A stretch of DNA of 36,253 nucleotides, taken from assembly GCF_001194135.2 (NCBI RefSeq), contig NC_068989.1, positions 84,455,729 through 84,491,981 of the forward strand, written 5' to 3'. A program made the position numbers and the translations under genes. Positions 1 through 12,097 of this stretch are shown here, in pieces. The stretch comes from Octopus bimaculoides (taxonomy: Eukaryota). Position 1 is the stretch's first letter. Every line of letters starts with the position of its first letter. The notes beneath the pieces are model-generated. The model was given only the letters and a program-made list of their open reading frames with translations. It ran no database searches and was not told the origin of the DNA.

Positions 1-42
<42 letters not shown>

Positions 43-140
43 GTACGACGGGCTTCTTTTAGTTTCCGTCTACCAAATCCACTCACAAGGCTTTGGTCGG
101 CCCGAGGCTATAGTAGAAGATACTTGCCCAAGGTGCCACC
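1..140 (-). mobile_element. SINE family 1, partial (internal TA microsatellite to just before the tRNA head)
   Basis: acgacgggcttct..cagtttccgtctaccaaatccactcacaaggctttggtcggcccgaggctatagtagaaga matches the full copies at 12488-12900 and 32414-32863. Confidence 0.9.
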
Positions 141-589
141 ACTACATTCATTCAATCTTAATTCTAGGAAGAATTAAACACTAACGTTGTTAATTAAACT
201 ACAACAAAGAAACACATTTACCCTATGTGCAAAAACAGTATCAGTAAATTAATTCAATAAGTAAACCTATAATTAACTTCTAAATTATCTAACTAAATAG
301 CGACCTAGCCCTTGAAGTCCATGCAGATAATATTCCTACCAGTCTTCCATAGTTATTGATATAAACGTGAAAGCTTGTATATTCTATTCTTTCCAAAACA
401 AAACAAACTCGATTGAACTTAACTAATAATATAACTAATTCTGAGTGAATTACACAATTTCATAACCCAAAAGTTAATAATTAGAACACTCCATACGTAT
501 TAAATATTCGTTATCCTAAACTTATACCTGTAATTTAATAGATAACATTAAAATATCCTTATTAAATCGTATATATTAATTTCAGTTTA

Positions 590-784
590 TGACACAAGGC
601 CATCGAATTCGTAGGAGGTGGGGTTAAGTCAATTACATCGACTCCAGTGTTCAACTGGTACTTATTTTATCGATCTCAGAAAGATGCAAAGTAAAGTCAA
701 CGGAATTTGAACTCAGAACATAAAGACAGACAAAACATCGCAAAGCATTTTTGTCCAGCATGCTAACAGTTCTGCCAGCTCCCC
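590..784 (-). mobile_element. SINE family 2 (tail type A), diverged
   Basis: acaaggcc..aagtcaattacatcgac..actggtacttattttatcga..gaatttgaactcagaac..tgctaac..ttctgccagctc, collinear with copies at 19886-20101 and 20379-20595. Confidence 0.85.
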
Positions 785-825
785 TAATATATTTCCAGTC
801 ATCTACTAAGTTTGATTTTAGCAAT

Positions 826-1200
826 TTAACCCCTTTCCATTAAATCTTATGGCTGTGGGCTCTGTCTTCGATATGATTAATCACTTTTATATAGTTTTGT
901 GAGAAAAATAGAGATCGTTTTACATTCGATTCTCTCCAGCATAACGAAACTGCATTTGAATTAAGGAGAATGTGGTTGGTGTAGGCGAGCATGAAATCCC
1001 ACACAGCGATGTGTCTGTGTTTGCTTATACGGGTTGTTTTTGCTTCACACACATCACTGTCAGCATTGGGTCCTCTTCTGTATCCCCGCCACTTGAGAAG
1101 ATGTCTGCCTGTTGTGAGGTTAACAGGTTTGAACCGACAGGTCAAGCAACGTTGATGAGAAGCTGATTCACTTTCTCCAGGGATGACATACAACTGTCTC
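826..1200 (-). pseudogene. possible decayed piggyBac-like transposase 3' end (Cys-rich C-terminus) ending at a TTAA-CCC terminus
   Basis: TTAA at 826-829 followed by cccctttcc, similar to the MITE termini at 14330/14791; frameshifted minus-strand pieces LEKVNQLL, LTTGRH, KRTQC, VCEAKTTR, SLCGISC resemble piggyBac C-termini by eye only. Confidence 0.3.
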
Positions 1201-1206
1201 CTCTCC

Positions 1207-1237
<31 letters not shown>

Positions 1238-1444
1238 CCTCCCTCTCTCTTTCTTCTGTCTCTTTCTCTCTCTCTCCCTTGCGCGTTCTATCTCTCTTTC
1301 CTTCCTCCACATACATATATGCATGCATGGATGCCAAAACACACTCACACATGTGCACACACACACACTCCCTCTCTCTCTCTCTCAATCCCTTCCTGCA
1401 TTATATTCTGTTTATGTGTGAATGTGTGTGTATATATATATATG

Positions 1445-1485
<41 letters not shown>
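1195..1485. repeat. compound microsatellite (CTTT/CT/CA/TG/TA) running into an assembly gap
   Basis: visible short tandem repeats; N gap 1486-2192. Confidence 0.95.
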
Positions 1486-2192
1486 NNNNNNNNNNNNNNN
1501 NNNNNNNNNNNNNNNNNNNNNNNNNNNNNNNNNNNNNNNNNNNNNNNNNNNNNNNNNNNNNNNNNNNNNNNNNNNNNNNNNNNNNNNNNNNNNNNNNNNN
1601 NNNNNNNNNNNNNNNNNNNNNNNNNNNNNNNNNNNNNNNNNNNNNNNNNNNNNNNNNNNNNNNNNNNNNNNNNNNNNNNNNNNNNNNNNNNNNNNNNNNN
1701 NNNNNNNNNNNNNNNNNNNNNNNNNNNNNNNNNNNNNNNNNNNNNNNNNNNNNNNNNNNNNNNNNNNNNNNNNNNNNNNNNNNNNNNNNNNNNNNNNNNN
1801 NNNNNNNNNNNNNNNNNNNNNNNNNNNNNNNNNNNNNNNNNNNNNNNNNNNNNNNNNNNNNNNNNNNNNNNNNNNNNNNNNNNNNNNNNNNNNNNNNNNN
1901 NNNNNNNNNNNNNNNNNNNNNNNNNNNNNNNNNNNNNNNNNNNNNNNNNNNNNNNNNNNNNNNNNNNNNNNNNNNNNNNNNNNNNNNNNNNNNNNNNNNN
2001 NNNNNNNNNNNNNNNNNNNNNNNNNNNNNNNNNNNNNNNNNNNNNNNNNNNNNNNNNNNNNNNNNNNNNNNNNNNNNNNNNNNNNNNNNNNNNNNNNNNN
2101 NNNNNNNNNNNNNNNNNNNNNNNNNNNNNNNNNNNNNNNNNNNNNNNNNNNNNNNNNNNNNNNNNNNNNNNNNNNNNNNNNNNNNNNNNNNN

Positions 2193-2551
2193 GCACAGCC
2201 TTTAGTCGAGAAAATCGACCCCAGGACTTATTCTTTGTAAGCCTAGTACTTATTCTATCGGTCTCTTTTTGCCGAACCGCTATGTTACGGGGACGTAAAC
2301 ACACCAGCATCGGTTGTCAAGCGATGTTGTGGGGACAAACACAGACACAAACATATACACACACATACATACATATATATATATATATACACATATATAC
2401 GACGGGCTTCTTTCAGTTTCCGTCTGCCAAACCCACTCACAAGGCTTTGGTCGGCTCGAGGTTATAGTAGAAGACACTTGCCCAAGGTGCCACACAATGG
2501 GACTGAATCCAGAACCATGTGGTTCGTTAGCGAGCTACTTACCACACAGCC
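2193..2551 (-). mobile_element. SINE family 1, tail end lost in gap
   Basis: collinear with other copies from cctttagtcgag..gaccccaggacttattc to cttaccacacagcc. Confidence 0.92.
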
Positions 2552-2670
2552 AGCTACGTACAAGTGTATGCATGTGCATGTATGTATGTGTGTGTGTATG
2601 TATGCATATATGTATGAGTGTATGTGTGTATATGTTATATTTGTGCGCGTGTGTGTCTTTGTGATAGTGT

Positions 2671-2744
2671 TTTTTTAAGACACAAAGGTGTGATTTGAAG
2701 AAGATTTGGCAGGTGGAGCATCCCACGTACATATAGAGGCCTCC
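2671..2744. repeat. family 4 unclassified old repeat, fragment
   Basis: gtgtgatttgaagaagatttggc..tagaggcctcc motif shared with 11600-11810, 16445-16670 and 17655-17710. Confidence 0.55.
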
Positions 2745-3464
2745 TGGTGGCTGGTTGGCCGGCCGGCTGGCTGGCTATCGTGGCACGGTGTGTTGATGTT
2801 TTTATGCGGTGTATGTAGGTAGGTCGGTGTGTGTGTGTGATGTGCTATTTGATAGGCTGCATTGAGGTGTGGCTTGAGGTGAATCAGCAGAAGTACTTTT
2901 ATTCTTCACCAACATCCAAACACTGCAACCGCGATGGGCACTCATTCACCCACCCACCTACCATAGCCATCACACCCAGTCACCCCACCGTTTGTCCCCT
3001 TGCACCCACTACTTCCACCAACTCCATACATCCCCTTCCTTCTCCTCTACTCCACTTACATGCAGTGGCTGTTTATATATTTATATATGTATTTGTGTAT
3101 TCTGCAAGGATGAGTCACTCATTCAAGTATAGTCCTGCCTCCAAAACACTGTCTAACAAACATTGAGCAACACTCAAACTTTTAGTGCTTTTAGTCGAGT
3201 CTAAGTGTAACATCCACCCTGGTTCTTTGGTTCCCCGGTTCTAACGCTGTGGTTTATTGATCTGGGGTACAGGATGTAGTCAAGTGTAGAGGGCAGACAT
3301 ACTATTACTCATCGAGGAGAGGGCTTGGATTGGGGCACTTGAGACGTGTGTGTGTGTGTGTGTGTGTGTATATACAAATATGACGTGTTAGATCTTTTAA
3401 TATACATATGCCCATACACATCTCTTTGTCTTTCTCTCTCTCTCTCTCTAATATATATATATAT

Positions 3465-3846
3465 ATTCTTTTATTCTTTTACTTGTTTCACTCATTTGAC
3501 TGCAGCCATTAGTCAAACAAATTAACCCCAGGACTTATTCTTTGTAAACCTAGTACTTGTTTTATTGGTCTCATTTGCCAAACCAGTAAGTTATGGGGGC
3601 GTAAACACACCAACATCGGTTGTCAAGTGATGGTGGGGGGACAAACATATACATACATACATATACACACACACACACACATATATATATATGACGGGCT
3701 TCTTTCAGTTTCCATCTACCAAATCCACTCACAAGGCTTTGGTCGGCCCGAGTTTGTAGTAGAAGACGCTTGCTCAAGGTGCCATGCAGTGGGACTGAAC
3801 CCGGAACCATGTAGTTGGGAAGCAAGCTTCCTACCACACAGCCACA
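3465..3846 (-). mobile_element. SINE family 1, near full length, small deletion in tail
   Basis: collinear with other copies; lacks the gctggagcaccgcc segment. Confidence 0.9.
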
Positions 3847-3922
3847 CCAACACACATGAACATATCTATATCTACATCTATCTATCTGTCTATCTATCTA
3901 TCTATCTATCTATATCTATATA

Positions 3923-3983
<61 letters not shown>

Positions 3984-4325
3984 NNNNNNNNNNTATTGAA
4001 CCAAATCTGATAGACTAAAATCATTTATACAAACACACACACGTATATATTCAAGAAACTAGAATAGAATCTTCAGTATATATATTGAAATCTTTTTGCA
4101 TTGTCTGGAATATATACAATACAGAAAAGAGCTGAAAAATGTGTCAGAAGAATAAAAAAAAAAAAACTTGTCTAAGCCATTACAACCCCTCCACATTGTA
4201 AGAAATCTTAACAAAAACAACTTGAATTAACTGTAAAATAATTTAAAATCAGCATGATGATAAAATTAATATTGAAATAAACTCCTTAGAATAAGGAGAA
4301 ATATTTCATATGTATAGGTGAATTC

Positions 4326-4695
4326 CTGACTATGGTAAGAAGCTTGCTTCCCAACCACATGGTTCCAGGTTCAGTCCCACTGCATGGCACCTTGGGCCGG
4401 TGTCTTCCATTATGCCTCAGACCAACCAAAGACTTGTGAGTGGATTTGGTTGATGGAAAATGAAAGAAGCTCATTGTGTGTGTGTTTGTCCCTCACCGCC
4501 ATTTGTTAGTCACTGTTGGTGTGTTTACATCGCCATAACTTAGTGGTTCGGTAAAAGAGACTGATAGAATAAGCATCAAGTTTATTAAAAAAAAAGTTAA
4601 ATAAGTCCTGGGATTGATTCATTTGACTAAACATTCTTGAAAGTGATGCCCCAGCATGGCCACACTCTAATCAGTGAAACAAGTAAAAGATAAAG
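4326..4695 (+). mobile_element. SINE family 1, older diverged full-length copy
   Basis: head tggtaagaagcttgcttcccaaccacatggttccaggttcagtccc; tail gatgccccagcatggcc..gaaacaagtaaaaga. Confidence 0.88.
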
Positions 4696-4880
4696 ATTTG
4701 GAAAGAATTCAATGCAAAAAACAAAAACAAAAAAGAGAATTCTGGATCAGCGTATTGATGTGTTACTATATTTGATGGGATAGATGATGCATGGGTGTCA
4801 GATGCACTCCAATTCAGCAGCACACATGCAAGGAAAGAGGTTTTTAAGGCATCAAAGCATGTAATATTGAAAGCAACTAC

Positions 4881-5035
4881 AGGCTCAGCTGTGTGGTAAG
4901 AAACTTACTTCCTAACCACGTGGTTCTAGGTTCAGTTCCACTGCAGGGCACCTTGGGCATATGTCTTCTACTATAGCCTTGGGCCGACCAAAGCCTTGTG
5001 AGTAGATCTGGTTGATGGAAACTGAAAGAAGCCTG

Positions 5036-5077
<42 letters not shown>

Positions 5078-5115
5078 GTATGTATGTATATATATATATG
5101 TATATATATACACAT
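4881..5115 (+). mobile_element. SINE family 1, 5' half ending in expanded (TA)n
   Basis: ctgtgtggtaag..ggttcagttcc..ccttgggc..ggaaactgaaagaagcc, then TA/TG repeat. Confidence 0.88.
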
Positions 5116-5988
5116 ACGTACAAGGCAAGGCAAACGTCTCGAGTTGTATTTGAGAATGTTATTGTTTTTTTTATCCCAAAGTTTGCCCTAATCCAGCTGA
5201 TCCATGAAAGAATTTATTATGGTAGTAGGGTGTAATTTCAATCCATGGAAAAAAAAAAACAACATTAGATGGTGATGATGATGATGATGATTTAGTTGTT
5301 ATTTTTAGAAGGCTGAGTGGCTGTTATAACTTCTCTTTCACTTGAACTCATTACTATGTTATTGTTGGTGTTGGTGTTCTGACCATGTGTGTTTTACATG
5401 TTGTTGTTATCATCAACACACTACATCCCAAGGTTGAGTCATTCTCTTTTATGATCAATGAAATTATTATTATTCCCCCCCCCCTACCTATAGACAACAT
5501 CTATCCCAAAGTCATTCACACCTTCCACCCAGTGATATAACACAGCGGGTGGGGTGTAATATCTCAGAGATTTCCCTTGGATAGGGTTGGAAATGATTAA
5601 AACAAAGATATTTCTATTGTGAAGTCATGTTTAATACATCATCCCTCTGCTCACACAACACACAACACACACACACACACACACACAGAGAATCATGCAC
5701 AAACTCACACATACACACACACACATGTACACACAAGCACAAACTCACACATACACACACAAAGACATACTCCTCCCCTTTTTTGTACCTGCCTGCTCGT
5801 TACTTACTACCTTGTCATTCACCTTCTTGCCCACCCCACCCCACGATGCTTGTGTGTGTATATAAATCTGTATGTTTATGTGTGTTTATATGTATTTATA
5901 TGTCTGTGTATCCTGATGAGTGTATGAATGTATGTGTGTATATTCGTTTACATATGTAATAATTAACCTATATTTCATATATCAATTT

Positions 5989-6165
5989 AAGGCAATGAGC
6001 TGGCCGAATCATTAGCACATTGGAAAAAAATGCTTAGCAGCATTTCTTCCAGCTCTCTAAGTTCTGAGTTCAAATCCTGCCAAGGTCAACTTTGTCTTTC
6101 ATCTCTTTGGGGGCCAATAAAACGAAGTACTTGTCCACTCCCTCAAAATTATTGGTCTCAAAACT
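5989..6165 (+). mobile_element. SINE family 2, diverged and internally deleted
   Basis: gagctggccgaatcattagcac..aaatgcttagc..gagttcaaatcc..ggtcaactttgtctttcatc. Confidence 0.8.
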
Positions 6166-6246
6166 TGCAATGAACCAGCATCCTGTTCAGAGAATTGTTG
6201 TGCTTTTGGTCACTTACATCATGGAAATTAGGTAACCGTCCTTCTG

Positions 6247-6450
6247 AGTCTTCTCTCTGCCACGCTATACCTGATTCCTCTTATAGTCAGTTTTTCCCCT
6301 CAGTTCATTCGTGTTCTATCAAATCATGAAGACTAACCCTACACATCCAGTTGTGCACTTCATTTCTTTCCAGCTTTTGTAAATCTTCCACATTCTTGTC
6401 ATCTAGCATAAAGTTTCCCCCTTCTGTACTGTAGTCCCACTCAGTAGATC
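6247..6450 (-). pseudogene. highly decayed RTE-clade LINE ORF C-terminal fragment
   Basis: minus-strand pieces KGKLYA, VEDLQKLERNE, WMCRVSLHD, LTIRGIRYSVAERRL match the better-preserved peptide at 27036-27319. Confidence 0.7.
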
Positions 6451-6499
6451 TTTAGTCTTACAAGATACATGAATGGCGACCTCACTTATGCTGGTGTCA

Positions 6500-6662
6500 C
6501 AAGGAAAGTACCTACTACAAACTGTTAAGTGGTTGGTGTTAGAAATGGTATCCAGCTGTATAAACCATGCAAAGTGAACGCTTGAGCATGACACAGTCCT
6601 TCAGTACATCAGATTTTGTCTAATCTTCCAACGCCTGTTTTCTATGCTGGCATGGAGAATAT
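6500..6662 (+). mobile_element. decayed RTE-type 3' tail
   Basis: gtggttggtgttagaaatggtatccagctgta..tatgctggcatggag resembles the tail at 27860-28030. Confidence 0.55.
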
Positions 6663-6822
6663 GTTAGATATGGATTTATGTCTAATATCCACAACAAACA
6701 AATCAACGTGTGACTGCTGATGCATGGTACTAATGATCAAAAGAGCTGATGTAAATGTTAGATATGGATTTATGTCCGTATCCACAAGAAACAAATCATG
6801 GTGCTAATGATCAAAAGAGTTG
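6661..6822. repeat. local tandem duplication, about 90-bp unit, second copy shorter
   Basis: atgttagatatggatttatgtc..atccacaa..aacaaatca..atggt.ctaatgatcaaaagag occurs at 6661-6748 and 6755-6822. Confidence 0.9.
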
Positions 6823-7637
6823 GCATGAATGTAATCAGTGTATAAGAAGCAATACAAATATATTCGCTTCAATTCCTGATAATGAGGCTGTGAAGGTCTA
6901 GAAATGTCATGGATTTACGAAATACTTTTCCAAACCATTTGTAAAATACTAAAAAGAAATATAAAGAATATACAAAAGATAAAACTTGAGCATAGTTGCA
7001 TATTTAATGAAATATATATGTATGCAAGTATAAATATATATATATGTCAGTGTATATATGTGGATATAAATATGTGTTTGTGTATGTGTATGTATAGGAT
7101 ATTGTTTGTATGAACAAGGTTTACAAAAACAAAGTAAATGCTATGTATTGTATTCTTTATTAATTAATATGTTTACAGAATTTAATTCTAGTTTGATTCT
7201 ATGGCAAACCTGGGCCCAATTTTGTTCTGTTGGCTATTTTAATACCCAATGAGATCCTTTTTCTCCCTGCAGTTTTCTTGTTCTTAGTAATTGCCAAATA
7301 GAGGAAATATCAAATTGAAGAAGTCTGTTACCATGGTAGAAGTTCTTGGTCTTGTCTGATTGAATACAGGTGTTTGGAGTTTATACATAGATATATATAT
7401 ATATATATATACATATATATNNNNNNNNNNNNNNNNNNNNNNNNNNNNNNNNNNNNNNNNNNNNNNNNNNNNNNNNNNNNNNNNNNNNNNNNNNNNNNNN
7501 NNNNNNNNNNNNNNNNNNNNNNNNNNNNNNNNNNNNNNNNNNNNNNNNNNNNNNNNNTATATATATCACCTGTTCTTATAATTTTATAGTATATATTTGC
7601 CAATATTTTTTAATCCCATTTTTTCTGATATATATAT

Positions 7638-7932
7638 CATCATCATCCTCATTTAACGTCCGCTTTCCATGCTAGCATGGGTTGGACGATTTGACTGAGG
7701 ATTGGTGAACCGGATGGCTGCACCAGGCTCCAATCTGATCTGGCAGAGTTTCTACAGCTGGATGCCCTTCTTAACGCCAACCACTCTGAGAGTGTAGTGG
7801 GTGCTTTTATGTGCCACCGGCACGAAGGCCAGTCACGCAGTACTGGCAACGGCCATGCTCAAAATGGTGTTTTCTACGTGACACCTGCACAGGAGCCAGT
7901 CCAGTGGCACTGGCAACGACCTCGCTCGAATG
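7638..7932 (-). mobile_element. RTE LINE 3' UTR/tail (family 3), 5'-truncated
   Basis: (cat)n, ttaacgtccgctttccatgctagcatggg and the rest are the reverse complement of 27797-28030. Confidence 0.9.
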
Positions 7933-8886
7933 TGCGTGTGGGAAATTAAAAATATAAAATGGTGACAATTTACCCATCGCAGCCTGTATATATGTATGTG
8001 ATGTTTGCATGGTTGTATGTCTGTTTTTCATTACAAATTATCCAAGCTATCCCATAATTCCTTCTATCCTTTGTCTATGATTTAATATCTAACTCCATTA
8101 TTCCACTGTTCACAGACCATACTAACAAACTGCTACACTGATATATTTATTTGGCCATTGTCATTCAACTGGACATATTTATGTTGGTTTTTGTCTATGG
8201 ACTGCTTTAAGGCTGGCTTCATGATTAGGATGGGAACAGTGGAGCATCTCTGTCTGTCTGTCTCTCTCTCTCACACATACACACACATACACACATGCAC
8301 AAAGGCACACAGAGTCCTATACCTTTCACAGTATGTCTGTTTTGCCTTCTCTCTGCTTATCTCTCCGTATATGCAACTGTTTGTTTTTCTGACTTTCTTA
8401 CCTATCTATCATATCTATTGTATATCTCCAGTTATCTCTCCATATGTCTTTCTATCTCTGTCTGTGTTCATCTGGTTCTGTATTTGTCTGGATGTATGTC
8501 TGCCCAGCTATTTGTCTACTTCTCTCACACTTTCCTCTTCTGTCACCCTCACATCTATCTATATGTGTTTGTGTGTATATGTGTGTGTTCTATATGTATA
8601 TATATATATGGATATATACTTATTTATGTATTTAGAGAATCATGTGTTATATTGAAACCATGAATCAGATCATGAATGGATTGAGAAATAAAATAGTTCT
8701 GAGAGAGGAAAGTTAAGACTGATTGTTTTAATAAGGAGACACAAGGTGTGTGGTGTGTAGTGTATGGGGGTGGGGTTGAGGTTTATAAATGTCGGACAAA
8801 AGATCTTTTCTCCAATTTCATCTCAAGAAACACTTTTGTGTATACAAAATATTGTTTATATAATATATATATATATATATGTATGT

Positions 8887-8952
<66 letters not shown>

Positions 8953-9721
8953 NNNNNNNNNNNNNNNNNNNNNNNNNNNNNNNNNNNNNNNNNNNNNNNN
9001 NNNNNNNNNNNNNNNNNNNNNNNNNNNNNNNNNNNNNNNNNNNNNNNNNNNNNNNNNNNNNNNNNNNNNNNNNNNNNNNNNNNNNNNNNNNNNNNNNNNN
9101 NNNNNNNNNNNNNNNNNNNNNNNNNNNNNNNNNNNNNNNNNNNNNNNNNNNNNNNNNNNNNNNNNNNNNNNNNNNNNNNNNNNNNNNNNNNNNNNNNNNN
9201 NNNNNNNNNNNNNNNNNNNNNNNNNNNNNNNNNNNNNNNNNNNNNNNNNNNNNNNNNNNNNNNNNNNNNNNNNNNNNNNNNNNNNNNNNNNNNNNNNNNN
9301 NNNNNNNNNNNNNNNNNNNNNNNNNNNNNNNNNNNNNNNNNNNNNNNNNNNNNNNNNNNNNNNNNNNNNNNNNNNNNNNNNNNNNNNNNNNNNNNNNNNN
9401 NNNNNNNNNNNNNNNNNNNNNNNNNNNNNNNNNNNNNNNNNNNNNNNNNNNNNNNNNNNNNNNNNNNNNNNNNNNNNNNNNNNNNNNNNNNNNNNNNNNN
9501 NNNNNNNNNNNNNNNNNNNNNNNNNNNNNNNNNNNNNNNNNNNNNNNTATGTATATGTGTATATATGTATATATATATACACAAAAAGAAAGAGATGGGA
9601 TTACAGTATATAGGTCTGAGGTTGTGTCAGATGATAGAGATAAAATATGCATTGAAATATAATTAAACACACATACACACACACACATATACATTTGTAT
9701 ACACACACGCATACACATACA

Positions 9722-10044
9722 CTGTGGAACCTTGGTTTACAAATTTACTTCATTCCTAAAGACTGTTCGTCACCCGAAATAGTTGTAAACCGAAACTATT
9801 TTTCCCATAAGAAATTGAAGAGAGGACACAGCAAATTTGAGCAGGGATATGCACTGTGCACCGACCAAAGGCTAGACAGCAATTGATGCTCTCCCAGTGA
9901 TACTCCCAGCTTGTCACAAACCGTTGTTGCCGGCTTGCATGTTCATTACTCGAAACACCATTGGTCATCCGAGATGTTTTATGTTCGAAAATTGTTCGTA
10001 AACCAATTTGTGATGAGAGGTGTTTGTTAACCTAGGTTCCACTG
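9722..10044. mobile_element. Tc1/mariner superfamily (pogo/Tigger-like) MITE
   Basis: imperfect TIRs ctgtggaaccttggtttacaaat (left) versus reverse complement cagtggaacctaggttaacaaac (right), 19/23 identical; TA at 10045-10046; no ORF. Confidence 0.75.
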
Positions 10045-10069
10045 TATAGCTATATTTGTCTGTGTATCT

Positions 10070-10086
10070 ATCTCTATATCTATCTC

Positions 10087-10129
<43 letters not shown>

Positions 10130-10150
10130 GTCTGTCTGTCTGTCTGTCTA
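10070..10150. repeat. (TCTA)n-(TCTG)n compound microsatellite
   Basis: visible tandem repeat. Confidence 0.95.
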
Positions 10151-10667
10151 TTTGTCTGTCACTACATGTATGTGTGTGTGTGTTCATTTGTTTGTTTCAT
10201 GTCTGTTTTTCTATGCTGGCATGGATTAAGTAGATATTATTACAGTATTATCTTTTACAACTGGATGTCCTCCTTGTCCACTTACCTGCACATACACACT
10301 ACCCTGTCCACTCCTACACTACAGCCCTTCTGCACACCTTGCTGTCAAATATCTACCAACATGGANNNNNNNNNNNNNNNNNNNNNNNNNNNNNNNNNNN
10401 NNNNNNNNNNNNNNNNNNNNNNNNNNNNNNNNNNNNNNNNNNNNNNNNNNNNNNNNNNNNNNNNNNNNNNNNNNNNNNNNNNNNNNNNNNNNNNNNNNNN
10501 NNNNNNNNNNNNNNNNNNNNNNNNNNNNNNNNNNNNNNNNNNNNNNNNNNNNNNNNNNNNNNNNNNNNNNNNNNNNNNNNNNNNNNNNNNNNNNNNNNNN
10601 NNNNNNNNNNNNNNNNNNNNNNNNNNNNNNNNNNNNNNNNNNNNNNNNNNNNNNNNNNNNNNNNNNN

Positions 10668-10920
10668 CAGTGCCCCTGGACTGGCTCTTGTGCGGGTGGC
10701 ACATAAAAGACACCATTTCGAGCGTGGCCGTTTTCGTGTGGGTGACACGTAAAAGCACCCACTACACTCTCTGAGTGGTTGGCGTTAGGAAGGGCATCCA
10801 GCTGTAGAAACTCTGCCAAATTAGATTGGAGCCTGGTGTAGCCATCCTGTTGCACCAGTCCTCAGTCAAATCGTCCAACCCATGCTAGCATGGAAAGCGG
10901 ACGTTAAACGATGATGATGA
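10668..10920 (+). mobile_element. RTE LINE 3' UTR/tail (family 3); 5' part lost in gap 10367-10667
   Basis: near-identical to 27797-28030; ends ccatgctagcatggaaagcggacgttaaac(gat)n. Confidence 0.92.
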
Positions 10921-11599
10921 TCATCATCATCATCATCTCTCTGTTGAGCTGCCATTTAGTCACAAGTTCTTTTATTCTAGTAGTTTCTTCCTTCAAACTG
11001 ATCTTCTCTAAAACTCATTACCATCATCTTGTTTTCCTCTGGTCTACGATATTCAAACCTTTAACCCTTTAGCATGGATTTGCCCAGGGGCCTAAAATGC
11101 TGCTTGTGGTTGAAGAGAAGATCTCTGATGTTTGAGGTGGGGAAACCTTGGCCAAGGGAAATATAGAAGGGGATGGCACATGAATAGGTCACAGATGTCC
11201 TTAAACAAGAGGCTGGTCTTGATGCTTGGTATCCAAGGGCCAAATGGTGATATTGAACTGGGCAGTGTGATGCACTGAGCACTAAAAAAAATAATAAAAA
11301 ATTGGAAGATACTCTAGAAGGGGGCTACATTAGATGTTAGAAAGAGCAACAGAAAAATGAGGGGGGAAAAGTAAAAATAAACTGAAATAATTATAGTTGG
11401 AACACCTTTCTGTTATCTTGGAGTTCAACAACTCACAGACACATGAAAGGTCAAAATGTAAGTGGTACTCTTAAGAAAACAGTAAATCAGAAGTCCTCTC
11501 CATGGTCAGTGTCAGTACCCGAACAGAACTGTTGTTTTAATTACAGAAGTAATTAACAACAGCTCTGTAATTATATATTATATTATCGTTTTACAATTG

Positions 11600-11810
11600 G
11601 TGTTATTGTTTAGCTTCAATTTAGTCCTGTTCCAGCTATCCTAGGGTCAAATGTGTCCAACCTGCAACCATCCCATCTTAGTTTTAGGTACTGTATATCT
11701 AGGGCTACACTTATTAATATGTACTTCCCTTTTTAATTTAGTGATGTGTGATTTGAAAGAGATTTGGCTGTTATTTCTAGTGGGCTGAGTGACCACCATA
11801 GAAGCTCATT
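11600..11810. repeat. family 4 unclassified old repeat
   Basis: gtgtgatttgaaagagatttggctgttatttctag..gaccaccatagaagctc, shared with three other sites in the window. Confidence 0.6.
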
Positions 11811-12045
11811 TGCTGTCTCATCAACCTAGAATGTTATTGTTGTTTAACCCCAGAGCACATATCATCAGCCACCAAGGGACATGCTCAACTGGTTAAGGTC
11901 AAACAATTGACAAGCAAATCTGTGGTATTGAGCAGAATATTTGCTGTAGCCCATCTTTTTATACCAAGGCAAAACAATGTACATGATAACACTTCCAATC
12001 AATTAAGATCAGAAGCCATGAGAGCCACTGCCTGGTACTCATTAT

Positions 12046-12047
12046 TA

Positions 12048-12097
<50 letters not shown>
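12046..12097. repeat. (TTA)n microsatellite
   Basis: visible tandem repeat. Confidence 0.97.

Noticed and set aside
7254-7320. Strong acceptor cctttttctccctgcag followed by LRR-like FLVLSNCQIEEISN
   Set aside because: In-frame stop right after, no good donor, only 14 residues; chance similarity likely
10910-10937. (GAT)n switching to (CAT)n, forming a palindrome at an RTE tail
   Set aside because: Short simple-repeat inversion with no adjacent opposite-strand element; uninformative
11870-12040. Segment that looks like a dispersed repeat next to a (TTA)n tract
   Set aside because: No second copy, TSD, TIR or peptide in this window, so it cannot be classified
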